64,000 nucleotides of DNA. Source: Candidatus Subterrananammoxibius californiae (GTDB taxonomy: Bacteria; Planctomycetota; Brocadiia; Brocadiales; Subterrananammoxibiaceae). The translations under genes were made by a program, and so were the position numbers. The notes beneath the pieces are model-generated. The model had not been told where the DNA came from. It was given only the letters and a program-made list of their open reading frames with translations, and did not search any database. The stretch lies in the NCBI GenBank assembly GCA_030586555.1, contig JAURAC010000017.1, positions 1 through 64,000 on the forward strand, given 5' to 3'. This document shows, piece by piece, positions 48,782 to 59,329 of the stretch. Position 1 is the first letter of the stretch; the number at the start of each line of letters is the position of its first letter.

Positions 48782-49873
48782 TTATGTCACACTCTCCTGT
48801 GAATAAGATTTTTCTCTTCTTGCATTAGTTTGTTTGGCTTCATCAACCGTCTCCTCGATTCGCTCAAGGGCGTAGGCAATATCATCTGCATTTACATCCT
48901 TGTGTGTAACCATCCTGCCAAAGCTTCCTTCCATATGAACAGCTAATACGCTATTATCCTTAAGTTTCTTTATAAAATCTTTGCAGCTTAATCCAGACAG
49001 TTTAAGGTTGAAACAAACAATGTTTGTTTGAACGGTGCTAAGGTTTAATGTAAAGCCGTCTATTTTCGAGAGACCTTCGGCAAGAAACCTTGCATTCTTA
49101 TGGTCTTCCGCAAGTCTGTCTATCATTTCCTCCAAAGAAATGATACCACACGCCGCAATCACTCCAGCCTGCCTTGTGCCTCCACCGAGCAGCTTTCTTT
49201 TGCGTCGGGCTTCTATTATGAAATCTTCCGGACCGGCAAGGATTGCGCCTATAGGTGAAGCAAGCCCCTTCGTTAAGCAGAACATAACTGAATCGCACCC
49301 TTTTGTTAATTCCTTCGGGTCAACACCCTGTGCAACCGCTGAGTTAAATATACGCGCTCCGTCAAGATGGAGGTGCAAGCCGTATTTATTCGCAATACTA
49401 ACCAGTTCTTTAGTATCTTGAGTCGTTATGACGGTGCCACCTGCCAAATTATTGGTGTTTTCAAATACGATAAGCGTGGTGCGTGGAAAGCGCATATCAT
49501 TGGGGCGGATATTTGATACCAATTCATCTAAGTCCAGTCTGCCCTGGGTATCCACTCCTATCGGGCATGTTGTTACCCCTGCAATAGCTGATGTTCCACC
49601 GCCGGTTAGCATGTTGAGATGCGACCGTCTGTCGCATATAACCCCGTCTCCTTGCCTTGTATGTACCATGATGGCAATGAGATTGCCCATCGTACCGCTT
49701 GAGACGAACAAGGCAGCCTCTTTTCCGAGCTTTTTTGCAGCTATTTCTTCAAGTTTATTTACCGTAGGGTCTTCTCTAAATCCATCGTCTCCAACCTCTG
49801 CACTCATCATAGCTTCACGCATGCGTGGTGTAGGCTTTGTAACCGTGTCGCTTCTTAAGTCCACAATTCTCAT
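48782..49873 (-). CDS. ltaE: Low-specificity L-threonine aldolase
   Basis: DLRSDTVT, SGTMGN, HLDGARIFN, CLTKGL. Confidence 0.93.
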   Translation of the reverse strand: MRIVDLRSDTVTKPTPRMREAMMSAEVGDDGFREDPTVNKLEEIAAKKLGKEAALFVSSGTMGNLIAIMVHTRQGDGVICDRRSHLNMLTGGGTSAIAGVTTCPIGVDTQGRLDLDELVSNIRPNDMRFPRTTLIVFENTNNLAGGTVITTQDTKELVSIANKYGLHLHLDGARIFNSAVAQGVDPKELTKGCDSVMFCLTKGLASPIGAILAGPEDFIIEARRKRKLLGGGTRQAGVIAACGIISLEEMIDRLAEDHKNARFLAEGLSKIDGFTLNLSTVQTNIVCFNLKLSGLSCKDFIKKLKDNSVLAVHMEGSFGRMVTHKDVNADDIAYALERIEETVDEAKQTNARREKSYSQESVT

Positions 49874-49891
49874 TAAGATTTGTCTCCTTTT

Positions 49892-50914
49892 TCAATTTAC
49901 TTTATCCTGATTTAGCTCAAGATTCTTTAATTCTATATTTGCACCCACATATTCGGATGAACACATGGCATTGGTTTCGTTGCATTTAAGGAAATTTTGT
50001 TTTGCAGACTGAATATCCCCTTTCAAGAGTTTGAGAGACCCTATGTAAAAGTAGGCATCGCATTTTTTCCATGGGTCTGAGGCTCTGGCGATTAAATCAT
50101 CCTGGCTTAGCTTTCCGCTGTAATGGTGGACTAAGTCATAACCCCATGTTTCTGTGGAAGAGGATTGTTTTTCTTTCCCCGGGGTAGGGGCAGGTTTTAA
50201 ACCTGCCCCTACATTATCAAGGAATTTTTTTGCGTCATCGCTTCCTTTACTTCTTTCGAGGGAAAGATACTTCCACAGTATATCGTAAGGGTTGTTTAGT
50301 TCGATGGACAATGCTACATCATAAGCCTCTAAAGCCTTATCAAATTCCTTGTTAAAGTAATGGGCATGACCCTTTAGGAGGTGTGCCCAATGATAGCGTG
50401 TATCAAGGCTTACAGCGAGAATCAATTCTTTAATTGCTTTGTTGTAAGCATTATTGGCAATATAAGCCCGTGCGAGATTTGCATGAAACCTATCCATATT
50501 CAGGTTTATATCTAAGGCAGCTTTCCCTTCCTCTATTGCCTGTTCAGGGTTCCCTTCGTGTATATAAAGGTGGCACAACATATTGTGGGCTTCCGCATGT
50601 TGGGGGTCACACCTTATAGTTTCTTTATATTCGTTGAGTGCCCGTTTCAGCATCGGCTTATCAAGGCTTTCGTGGGCTTCATTATAATAGATATTGGCAA
50701 GATTATAGTGTGCCTCAACAAGGTTAGCATTTAGACCTAATGCCTTTTTGTACTCATCTATGGCGGCATCAAGCTCTCCCTTGGCGATGTGCTCACTTGC
50801 AAGCTTACAATGCTTTAAAGCATCATCTGATTCTTTTGCAAATGACTCCAGACTCGTACAAATAAACATTCCAAAAATTATTACAAAACCACACAAAAGC
50901 CTCTTTTGCCTCAT
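49892..50914 (-). CDS. Secreted TPR protein with an NlpI-like C-terminus
   Basis: Signal peptide, TPR repeats, CDAYFYIG. Confidence 0.8.
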   Translation of the reverse strand: MRQKRLLCGFVIIFGMFICTSLESFAKESDDALKHCKLASEHIAKGELDAAIDEYKKALGLNANLVEAHYNLANIYYNEAHESLDKPMLKRALNEYKETIRCDPQHAEAHNMLCHLYIHEGNPEQAIEEGKAALDINLNMDRFHANLARAYIANNAYNKAIKELILAVSLDTRYHWAHLLKGHAHYFNKEFDKALEAYDVALSIELNNPYDILWKYLSLERSKGSDDAKKFLDNVGAGLKPAPTPGKEKQSSSTETWGYDLVHHYSGKLSQDDLIARASDPWKKCDAYFYIGSLKLLKGDIQSAKQNFLKCNETNAMCSSEYVGANIELKNLELNQDKVN

Positions 50915-50955
50915 CTCTTCGTAATTCCTTTTAAATGTGCCTTAGTTGTTAGTAT

Positions 50956-51503
50956 CAGTTTCTTTGCGTTTTTTTGCGGTTGAATAATTTAAACCGCAGA
51001 GGTCGCAAAGCGTTTCGCAAAAGAGCCGCAAAGGGTTTCACAAATTATTTACAACCCTTCTTATACCTTCTTTAAGTTTTAAAACATTAAAATTGATTAA
51101 TAGACCTAATTTACAGCCTGACAATTTGAGATAGGTTAATATCTGTGCAAGGTGTATATCATTTAATCCATCAACAGATTTCACCTCGATAATAACCTTG
51201 TTTTCAATAATTAAATCTACTCTATAACCACAATCTAACTTTACATCTTTATAGACAAGTGGCAAGGGTTTTTGTTTTTCTACTTTTAAACCCGCCTGTA
51301 ATAACTCAAAATATAAACATTCTGCATAAGCCGACTCTAAAAGACCCGGCCCTAATGCAGAATGAATGCTTATTGCACAGCCTATAATTTTATTGGATAT
51401 TTCATTTTCTGTCATCAGTTTCTCTGCGCCTTCTCTGCGTCCTTTGCGGTTAAATAATTTAAACCGCGGAGGGCGCTAAGTGTTTCGCAAAGAATCTCAA
51501 AGG
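50956..51503. repeat. Direct repeats (about 50956-51035 and 51416-51503) flanking the GxxExxY gene
   Basis: Each contains the palindrome TTTGCGGTT(G/A)AATAATTTAAACCGC(A/G)GAG plus CGCAAAG-like units. Confidence 0.8.
51038..51415 (-). CDS. GxxExxY protein
   Basis: GPGLLESAY, DLIIE..IIEVK, GLLINF. Confidence 0.95.
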   Translation of the reverse strand: MTENEISNKIIGCAISIHSALGPGLLESAYAECLYFELLQAGLKVEKQKPLPLVYKDVKLDCGYRVDLIIENKVIIEVKSVDGLNDIHLAQILTYLKLSGCKLGLLINFNVLKLKEGIRRVVNNL

Positions 51504-51550
51504 ATTTTAAGATTATTTCTCTGCGTTCTTTACAGTTAGAAATCGCCCAT

Positions 51551-52621
51551 TTAATGTGCCTCAATTTGCAGGTCTCTCTGTGAATATCCAAATATGGCTA
51601 ATAAGTCATAGCATATTTTGACGATGTTATTAGCATTCAAATTTACCTCTACAAAGATATTTGAATTACTTATTTTTTCAGGTATTCTTAACTCATTTTT
51701 GTTTCGTGTAAAGTAAGGTCGTTTTGTCCCCCGTAGTTCTAAAGCCCTTTCAAATTCATTTCTATGTAAAGAATAAATTAAGCTGGATAATTCCATTAAC
51801 AAATCATGCCATGAACGTACTTCATATTTTTTATTCTTAAAATAGAAACCCATTATAGATTTTCCTATATAGTCACCTGGAGCTTCTGATTTAATTAAAG
51901 GTTTCTTTTTTTCTAAAGGCGGTTTTGGTAGTTGAATCTCGGATAATAGAAATTGACCCCTATTTGTTAACAAAAATTGTTCGATAAGTTCACTATCCGC
52001 TTTATATCCACATAGCTTTTCGGTAGTATCGTTGATTAAATCCATAAGTAATTCATCGGGTTCGGTTATGATTTTATTCCATGCCTTATGTAATGTTTCC
52101 CTCAATATTTTCCGCTTCTGTTGCCCTCTATACACACTCTCTGCATTCAGTATTGCTTTCTCATTATTTATATTTTCTTTCGATAAGAAATCAATGAACT
52201 TGGTGGCAATATCGTCAGGCTCTTGCTGGAGCATGTCAATAGTGTAAAACTTTCGCTCATACCAGCTTCCCTCGTATAAAGGAAGATAAAACCACCAGCT
52301 TACACCATTTGTTAAGATGGCAAGCCATACCCCTTTTTTGAAAGAGTAATCAAGCAATTGTTCCTGATGTTTTTCTAAATCCTCATTTACCCTCTTAACT
52401 TCTATAAAAATCTTGTCTTTGTTATTAAGCCTTAAAGCATAATCAACATTTCCTTCTCCTGCTTCCTGCTCTGGTTTTACCTCGTCAATGTTAAATATGT
52501 TCCAGCCGAGGTTAGATAGTAATGGTAGAATTATTCCTTGCTTTGTTGCAGCCTCGTCAAAGGAATCTATTCTTTTATCCGCCCTGATATTTTCTATAAA
52601 ACTTAATAATTGCTCTTTCAT
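51551..52621 (-). CDS. HsdR N-terminal-like restriction endonuclease with an accessory C-terminal domain
   Basis: EAATK..II.PLL..LGW, VDYAL, IEVK, EQLLDY, LTNG. Confidence 0.8.
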   Translation of the reverse strand: MKEQLLSFIENIRADKRIDSFDEAATKQGIILPLLSNLGWNIFNIDEVKPEQEAGEGNVDYALRLNNKDKIFIEVKRVNEDLEKHQEQLLDYSFKKGVWLAILTNGVSWWFYLPLYEGSWYERKFYTIDMLQQEPDDIATKFIDFLSKENINNEKAILNAESVYRGQQKRKILRETLHKAWNKIITEPDELLMDLINDTTEKLCGYKADSELIEQFLLTNRGQFLLSEIQLPKPPLEKKKPLIKSEAPGDYIGKSIMGFYFKNKKYEVRSWHDLLMELSSLIYSLHRNEFERALELRGTKRPYFTRNKNELRIPEKISNSNIFVEVNLNANNIVKICYDLLAIFGYSQRDLQIEAH

Positions 52622-52634
52622 TTTTTACCCTTTT

Positions 52635-53402
52635 TTATGCCGCCAGTTCTTCCACATATTCATCCCGTCGGCTCCAGACAATTGTTTTGACACCGTATTG
52701 CTTAAGAGCGCCAATAACATCAGGGGCTACCACCTTGCGTGTATCATTAAGTATACCATACGCCGTAGAATCAGGGTCCCGCGCCTCTTTTGTTTCATCC
52801 CAGGCAAAGGCGAGGTTGATAGCACTCTGGCGATCTGGATGGTTTATCGCTCTCAGAATACGCTCAGGTTTGGTTCGGGAAGCAGGAATAACAAAATCAA
52901 AACAGTGGTCATAGCCGCTTCGACCTGTAAACTTTACAGATGGAGTAAATCGAACTTTGTGAAGCCTTAAAAATCGCTCCACATCCGCCATGAAGAGCCT
53001 TGCCACCATTGGCTCTGCCAATGTAAAAAGGTCATTTACTGCCAGCATCGCCTGTAGGAGGTTATGCTTCTTCTGAGGAAAGTTGTGAACCTGGGCTTCT
53101 ACAATGAGTTCTTCACCCTGAATACGGACACCAAAGCCGTTCAATATGGAATGAAGCAATTGTTTCCTTTTTTCTGAGGTAAATTCACAGCCACTTAATT
53201 GGAGGTCTTTAATAGTATAACCATCATCTGTAAGCACAAGCCCTCCATCTGACAACTTAACGTATATCTGGAGACAATCGTTATGTCTATCGAGAAAAGG
53301 GGTTGTAATCTCACAAACTCCATTTATATCCTGAACCGTAATCTTCTCCCGGAGCCAGTTGGTGTAGGCAATAATGAGGTCATGACATTCTTTTAAAATC
53401 AT
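52635..53402 (-). CDS. DUF1828/DUF1829 protein
   Basis: ITTPFLDRHND, LTDDG, KHNLLQAML, GRSG..H.FDF; ATGA overlap with the upstream gene. Confidence 0.85.
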   Translation of the reverse strand: MILKECHDLIIAYTNWLREKITVQDINGVCEITTPFLDRHNDCLQIYVKLSDGGLVLTDDGYTIKDLQLSGCEFTSEKRKQLLHSILNGFGVRIQGEELIVEAQVHNFPQKKHNLLQAMLAVNDLFTLAEPMVARLFMADVERFLRLHKVRFTPSVKFTGRSGYDHCFDFVIPASRTKPERILRAINHPDRQSAINLAFAWDETKEARDPDSTAYGILNDTRKVVAPDVIGALKQYGVKTIVWSRRDEYVEELAA

Positions 53403-53872
53403 AATAAGCCCTTTTGAATAATTGGTGGTTCTACAATATTGCAATAGCGAAAGAAATCGAAAAGGGTATCATAAAGGTCATGTGTTCTTGGGAATTCGTC
53501 TTCAGGCGCTGGAATAGCCCATTTAACCATGAAGCCTTCTACATAAATGTGCAAATGGGGACAGGGTAGGGTAATACCATTGTATTCAGCTAAGTAAGGA
53601 AAAGGAACTACATTGACCTCTGGATTGGGGTGAGGAGGTCCATCCACATCGAGGCGTACGAGGATGATAATACCCTGGTGTCTTTCTTGATAGGTACATT
53701 TCGTTAATCTAATTCTTCCACGGTTTATATCCAACAAGAAAGCCTCTCTTTCATCAAGAGAAACAATAGGAATAGTCAGAAGTTCACCTCTCTGTGGGAA
53801 ATCATAACTATCTTTTTTTGCCCTCTTCTTTTTTAAAGTAATAAGTGCGTTTGCTTCTGATTGAGTAAGCAT
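53399..53872 (-). CDS. DUF6978-like protein
   Basis: EAFLLDI.RG, LVRLDVDGPPHPNP, PHLHIYVEG..WAIP. Confidence 0.75.
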   Translation of the reverse strand: MLTQSEANALITLKKKRAKKDSYDFPQRGELLTIPIVSLDEREAFLLDINRGRIRLTKCTYQERHQGIIILVRLDVDGPPHPNPEVNVVPFPYLAEYNGITLPCPHLHIYVEGFMVKWAIPAPEDEFPRTHDLYDTLFDFFRYCNIVEPPIIQKGLL

Positions 53873-53888
53873 TATCTTTCTCCACAAA

Positions 53889-54671
53889 TCAAGATACTAA
53901 CACATTTGCTGGTTTTTCACCATTAATTACCTCACGCGCAAGGTTCATATAGTCCTCGGCGCCGATGCTGCCGGGGGCGTACAGGGTAATGGGTAGGCCT
54001 GATATTGGGCATTCGGCAAGCCTTGTGCTTTCCCGAATAATAGTGTTAAAGACCTTATCCTGAAAGCGTACCCTGATTCTCTGGACAACTTCATTGCTAA
54101 GCGTTGTCCTGCTATCAAACATGCAAGCAATAATCCCTGTAACCTCAAGGATGGGGTTCAGCCTATCCCTGACCATCTGGATGGTGTTAAGAAGGGTTAC
54201 AAGGCCATTCAGGGCAAGTATCTTTGTCTCCACAGGGACAAATATCTCCCTCGTGGCTGTTAGTGCGTTAATCGTTATCAATCCCAATGAAGGAGGGCAA
54301 TCAAGCATGATGTAATCATATCGCTCTATCATAGGAAGGAGTTTCCTCTTTAATATCGTATCACGCCCTGTTTCGTTAGCAAAGGTACTTTCTACGCCAA
54401 TCAAGTCGGTGCGTGCCGGGGCAATCTCCAATCCCTCAATGCACGAGTTCTCAAGTATATCATTTATCTCAGCCTCACCAAGAAAAACATCGTACATAGA
54501 TTTCGGCAGGCTTTCAGTATGCTTACCCAACCATGAACTGAGGTTTCCTTGAGGGTCAAGGTCTATTAACAAGACCTTCTTGCCAAGCTGGGCAAGGCAT
54601 GCCCCAAGATTGACTGTTGTGGTGGTCTTTGCTACTCCACCCTTTTGATTCGCAAGCGCTATAATACGCAT
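53889..54671 (-). CDS. parA: ParA/Soj family ATPase
   Basis: NQKGGVAKTTT, DLDPQGN, DCPPSLG. Confidence 0.9.
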   Translation of the reverse strand: MRIIALANQKGGVAKTTTTVNLGACLAQLGKKVLLIDLDPQGNLSSWLGKHTESLPKSMYDVFLGEAEINDILENSCIEGLEIAPARTDLIGVESTFANETGRDTILKRKLLPMIERYDYIMLDCPPSLGLITINALTATREIFVPVETKILALNGLVTLLNTIQMVRDRLNPILEVTGIIACMFDSRTTLSNEVVQRIRVRFQDKVFNTIIRESTRLAECPISGLPITLYAPGSIGAEDYMNLAREVINGEKPANVLVS

Positions 54672-54729
54672 AGAAATGAATTGTAAAATGAAAAATGCAA
54701 ATTTTAAATTTTTATTTTACAATTTACAA

Positions 54730-55419
54730 TTATTTTACATGTTTTTCGAGGGTTTCCAGATCCTTGCTGTTACCAACGACAACAAGTATATCACCCTCTT
54801 TGACGACGTAATCAGGATTGGGAAGTTCCCTTACTTCCTTTTCTGTAAGTTCCCCTTCCTTTGTTGTTTCCCACAGCTTTTTCATTATCATTATTACTGT
54901 AACGCCGAATCTTGTCCTCAGGTCGAGTTCCCTGAGGTTTTTCCCGACAAATTCACCCTTAACGGCGATTTCTGCGAGATTATAATCTGCGCCAAGTTCA
55001 AAGTACTCAAGGACGCCGGGTGCAATGATGCTGTGTGCGACGCGCAAGCCCATATCCTTTTCGGGGAACACAACCCTCGTTGCGCCCACCCTCTCGAGGA
55101 TTTGCGCATGTAAATCGGTTGTTGCCCTTGCCACAATCTCTTTAATGCCTATATGCTTAAGCAGCGCTGTAGTTAATATACTTGACTCTACATCCTCCCC
55201 CATGCTTACCACTGCAACGTCAACATTGACAATGCCGCTTGCTTTAAGCGCCTCCTCGTCTGTGCTGTCGAGTTGAATTGCATCTGAAACAATATTCTTT
55301 GCCTTTTCAACAAGCGTTTCATTAATATCAACAGCAATGACGGAGGCCCCCTTTCTGGCAAGCGTCTCTGCCACCTGATAGCCGAATCTTCCCAATCCTA
55401 TTACGGCAAATTGCCTCAT
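54730..55419 (-). CDS. trkA: TrkA/KtrA potassium uptake regulatory subunit
   Basis: IGLGRFG, VFPEKDMG, RCK_C domain. Confidence 0.9.
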   Translation of the reverse strand: MRQFAVIGLGRFGYQVAETLARKGASVIAVDINETLVEKAKNIVSDAIQLDSTDEEALKASGIVNVDVAVVSMGEDVESSILTTALLKHIGIKEIVARATTDLHAQILERVGATRVVFPEKDMGLRVAHSIIAPGVLEYFELGADYNLAEIAVKGEFVGKNLRELDLRTRFGVTVIMIMKKLWETTKEGELTEKEVRELPNPDYVVKEGDILVVVGNSKDLETLEKHVK

Positions 55420-55603
55420 AATTTATAATCTCCCTTATTGCTTAACCAATCTATGGGTGACATGCCTGGGTTATAATGATACTTATTTTAACTGGTTTTC
55501 TCCTAATTTTCACCTAATTTGTTAATGGAAAGCAGTATAATGTACTGCTCTAACAAATAACTCTTACCATATAAACAGTAAATAGGTGCTATTGCCTTAT
55601 AAA

Positions 55604-56953
55604 CTATCCAACGAATACTTCTTCTTCTGCAAACCTAAAATCCACTCGCTTTGGTTTCCCAACTAAAGAAAAACCTATAGTTAATGGTCCTAATCTGCCA
55701 GTTAACATAGTAATAATAATAATAATCTTTCCAACAGTACTGAGGCTCGGAGTAATTCCTGTTGATAGACCTACTGTACCGAAGGCGGATACAACTTCAA
55801 AGAGAATTTCAAGAAAAGATGCTTTTTCTAATGATGTTAGAATTAATGTGTCTAATATTACTAATAAAATTGCCATAGCACCTATTGCAAAAGCTTTATT
55901 TATAGTCTCGTAAGAAATTCGCCTATCGAATAGGTTAACGTCTTCTCTTCGCCTCAATTGTGCTGAAAGTATTAGTAGCATTAACCCAAAAGTGGTTGTT
56001 TTGATTCCCCCACCAGTCCCACCTGGAGAAGCGCCAATAAACATTAAAACAATCATTGTAAAAAGGCTGGTACTGCTCATCGCTCCGATATCAATTGTGT
56101 TAAACCCTGTAGTAGTTGAGGCTGTGATTGATTGAAAGGTAGACCCTAATAACCTGTGTTTTAACGGTAGGGATGAAGACCTACTTTCTGAAATAAAAGT
56201 GATTGCTATGCCAATGACTATAAGAGTTATTGAGAGTATCAAAGCCAACTTACTATGAATTGCCAATCGCCGAGGTTGTATATGGTTTATTGTTTTGCCC
56301 AAAAAGGTATGTATATCATATAAAACAAAGAAGCCGATTCCTCCCGCAAAGCAGAGACAGGGAATAATAGTATTAATAGCGATACTATCCTGATAAGAAA
56401 CGAAACTATCTGAGAAGAGTCCAAATCCAGCAGTACAAAAAGCCGATACAGAATGAAAAATTCCAAGGTAGATTGAACGTGATAAAGGAAATTCCCTCAT
56501 CCAGTAAAGGCTTAAAATAACGGCGCCAATAAATTCAATGAGAAATGTATAAAGAATCACTGCTTTAACAAATTTTTTTATCACTCCCACGGGTGGTCCT
56601 GCTAATGATTCCTGAAGGGTTTTTTCAGTCTCCAAAGAAACCCTTTTACCAAAAATATAAGCCATTAAAACAATAAAAATCATATATCCCAAACCACCTA
56701 TTTGAAAAAGTACGAGAATAACTATCTGACCGAAGATGGAATAAAAACCGCCTGTATCAACTACTACAAGTCCAGTAGTGGATACAGCCGAGGTGGCCGT
56801 GAATAAAGCATCTATAAATGACTGAGAAACACCTTTAGACGAGGCAATGGGTAAGGTAAGCAGGCTTGAACCTATTAGGATAATTAAAATGAACCCTATC
56901 AGTAAGGATTGAGCAGGCGTAACCTTTTGCAATAACTTTTGCAAATTTATCAT
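55604..56953 (-). CDS. trkH: TrkH/KtrB potassium uptake membrane subunit
   Basis: TSAVSTTGL, SAFCTAGF, STTTGF, GGGIKTTT, SAFGTVGLS. Confidence 0.92.
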   Translation of the reverse strand: MINLQKLLQKVTPAQSLLIGFILIILIGSSLLTLPIASSKGVSQSFIDALFTATSAVSTTGLVVVDTGGFYSIFGQIVILVLFQIGGLGYMIFIVLMAYIFGKRVSLETEKTLQESLAGPPVGVIKKFVKAVILYTFLIEFIGAVILSLYWMREFPLSRSIYLGIFHSVSAFCTAGFGLFSDSFVSYQDSIAINTIIPCLCFAGGIGFFVLYDIHTFLGKTINHIQPRRLAIHSKLALILSITLIVIGIAITFISESRSSSLPLKHRLLGSTFQSITASTTTGFNTIDIGAMSSTSLFTMIVLMFIGASPGGTGGGIKTTTFGLMLLILSAQLRRREDVNLFDRRISYETINKAFAIGAMAILLVILDTLILTSLEKASFLEILFEVVSAFGTVGLSTGITPSLSTVGKIIIIITMLTGRLGPLTIGFSLVGKPKRVDFRFAEEEVFVG

Positions 56954-56957
56954 TGTC

Positions 56958-57320
56958 CTAAATTTCTATTAAAAGCCTGTTATAATTAGCGCCAATTTTG
57001 TATGCAAAGCGGTCCTTTCCCTGTATGCTCAAGCCGCCAACTTGTATAAGAAGCAGTATAACAACCTTGCCAAAGGTATAGAAATATTCCGCAGTATTCG
57101 TAACAACGAGGCCAGTTACACAGGTGGCTGATGTGGTTGTAAAGATGGCATCTATCAGGCTCATCTGCTCACCCGTAACCGTTGATTGGGGTTGCCGCAG
57201 TAAGATGGTACCGATAAAGATAATTATTAAAAAGCTGGCACTAATGAATATGCCAGGCTTACGACCAAAGTGTTGTAAAACCTTATATGAGCCTTGTAAG
57301 AATTCCAATAGACGTGGCAT
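56958..57320 (-). pseudogene. Truncated second TrkH/KtrB (first pore repeat only)
   Basis: DAIFTTTSATCVTGL..LIQVGGL then an unrelated tail. Confidence 0.8.
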
Positions 57321-57483
57321 TGTTTTGCCAGCTTATCTGCTTGAAAAAAGACCTACTACCATTGGAAAATGCTAACCTTGCTTGCTATTTATCACAATTA
57401 GTTGCTGATGTCAAGGGTTTTTAACATAGCACAGGATTCTTTTGTTGAATTATTAACATACGGTGTGAGGAATTTTTGGATGA

Positions 57484-57657
57484 TTAATTTGGCAGGTCTT
57501 CAAAGTCGCTGTCGTAATCAAGGTCTTTCTCTATTTCAAATTCGATTTCCCTTCTCGGCTCAAGTATCAACTTTCTATATCTCTCCTTTATAAACGCAAG
57601 GCGCTCCATCTTTTTTCTATTATGGTCAATTGTCGCTGTTCTAAGCTTTGAAATCAC
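57484..57657 (-). CDS. Small hypothetical protein (57 aa, basic N-terminus, acidic C-terminus)
   Basis: GAGGTG SD, GTG start: MISKLRTATIDHNRKK...DLDYDSDFEDLPN. Confidence 0.5.
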   Translation of the reverse strand: MISKLRTATIDHNRKKMERLAFIKERYRKLILEPRREIEFEIEKDLDYDSDFEDLPN

Positions 57658-57973
57658 CTTCCACCTCGCTACGCTCGCGTGAACCCCTAATATTTAATAC
57701 ATTAATAAATCTTCAGCCAACCCGCCTGAGGCAAGTTAAAAATCAAAGATACTATTATATAAAAGAAGAAAACACTGTCAAATATTTTTTATAAAATTCA
57801 AAAAAAATTATATCGTGCAAAATAACTTTGTCAAGATGGATTCTTCGGAGTTAAAAGTACGTCCTCATGGACGTGTTCTTAACTATTGTGAAGTTCCATA
57901 CTCGACCTGTTAAAAGCTTGCTATGTAACGAAGCAAGTTTTTCGCAAAATTTATTAACCTGCTTTTTAAGCTT

Positions 57974-59110
57974 TTAACGGGTCTCAAATGCAGCAAAGTT
58001 GGGCGTCCTTGTATATTGCAATTGGTTATTGGATAAACTTACGATTAATGCTTCAACGCCGGGGATGGATTTGGCAAGCTCAATACCCTCTTTAGCCCCC
58101 ATTACGCTCAGGGCAGTCGCAAGCGCATCGGCGGTGGTTGCGTCATTCGCTATGACCGTAACGCTTGGAACATTTTCAACAGGCAACCCGGTGAGCGGGT
58201 TAACTATGTGGGAGTATTTCTTGCCGTTTATAACCATGAATCGCTGGTAGTCTCCTGATGTTGCAACGGCGCAATCATTAATCTTTAATTTACCAAGGAA
58301 TGTTTCTGTATCGTCAGGATGATAAGGGTCCTGTATCCCAATATGCCAGGGTTCTCCGCCTGGTTTTGTGCCTAACGCATAGAGGTCGCCCCCCGCATCT
58401 ACAAGGGCGCTTTCTATTCCATGCCCTTTTAACACCTTTATCGCCTCGTCCACTGCATATCCCTTGGCTATGCCACCAACATCCAGCTCTACTCCTCCAC
58501 CTGAGGCGGACTGGAAGGATAGCGCTTGCTTCTCCGTATCAAGGTTAATTTTCTTATAACCAACCGTGCTAAGTATTTTTTCTAATTCTTCATTTGCAGG
58601 AAGCCTCCCGCTTTTTCCTGCATCCCTCCATAGGGTGCATAACGGCCCACAGGTAATATCAAATGCACCCCTGCTAAGCCTCGAAAACTCAATTGCCTTT
58701 TTTATTACAGTAAACGTGTCTTGCGTGAGAGGTACAAATTCAGCAGATGCCTTCTGATTAACCATGGATAGCTCACTATCCTCTTTATAGTTACTCATTA
58801 AGTTTTCAATTTCGGCTATTCTATTAAATGCAAGGTCAATTACCTCCTTTGAGGTATCCCCACTCCTTTCAAAAACAGTAACGGAGACAAGCGTCCCCAT
58901 CAGCATTCGGGTCTCTTTGAATTGTTGTAGGGACGGTTCGTAAACTTCCCCTGCATGGTTTTCGGCGACTATTTCCTGTGTGCTACCTTTACGACAGCCT
59001 GTTAAGAAAGGTAACAAGCAAATAAGCCAACAAGCCAGCAAGCCGACAAGCTTGCAAGCTTGTAAGCTCGTAAGCTTATTAGCCTGTAAGATTATTTCGT
59101 TGGTTTTCAC
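57974..59110 (-). CDS. apbE: FAD:protein FMN transferase lipoprotein
   Basis: LTGC lipobox, MGT, GAFDIT, GGIAKGY, ATSGDY, ADALAT. Confidence 0.93.
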   Translation of the reverse strand: MKTNEIILQANKLTSLQACKLVGLLACWLICLLPFLTGCRKGSTQEIVAENHAGEVYEPSLQQFKETRMLMGTLVSVTVFERSGDTSKEVIDLAFNRIAEIENLMSNYKEDSELSMVNQKASAEFVPLTQDTFTVIKKAIEFSRLSRGAFDITCGPLCTLWRDAGKSGRLPANEELEKILSTVGYKKINLDTEKQALSFQSASGGGVELDVGGIAKGYAVDEAIKVLKGHGIESALVDAGGDLYALGTKPGGEPWHIGIQDPYHPDDTETFLGKLKINDCAVATSGDYQRFMVINGKKYSHIVNPLTGLPVENVPSVTVIANDATTADALATALSVMGAKEGIELAKSIPGVEALIVSLSNNQLQYTRTPNFAAFETR

Positions 59111-59329
59111 GCGACTCTTGACTCCTGACTCCAGACTATTGACTCAATAGCACACTGTTAAAAATTCTAACTTGCTTCTTTCCCATCGTCAAGCTAAATC
59201 CAAAAATAGCCCTCCTTGTACCGAACAAAGGGAATGCAATGAAAAAAAATGTGCTTGAACTTGTTTGCAGTTCTGGTGTAAACTATTACATCAACAAACC
59301 TCATGACTCCAGACTCAGGACTCTAATTT

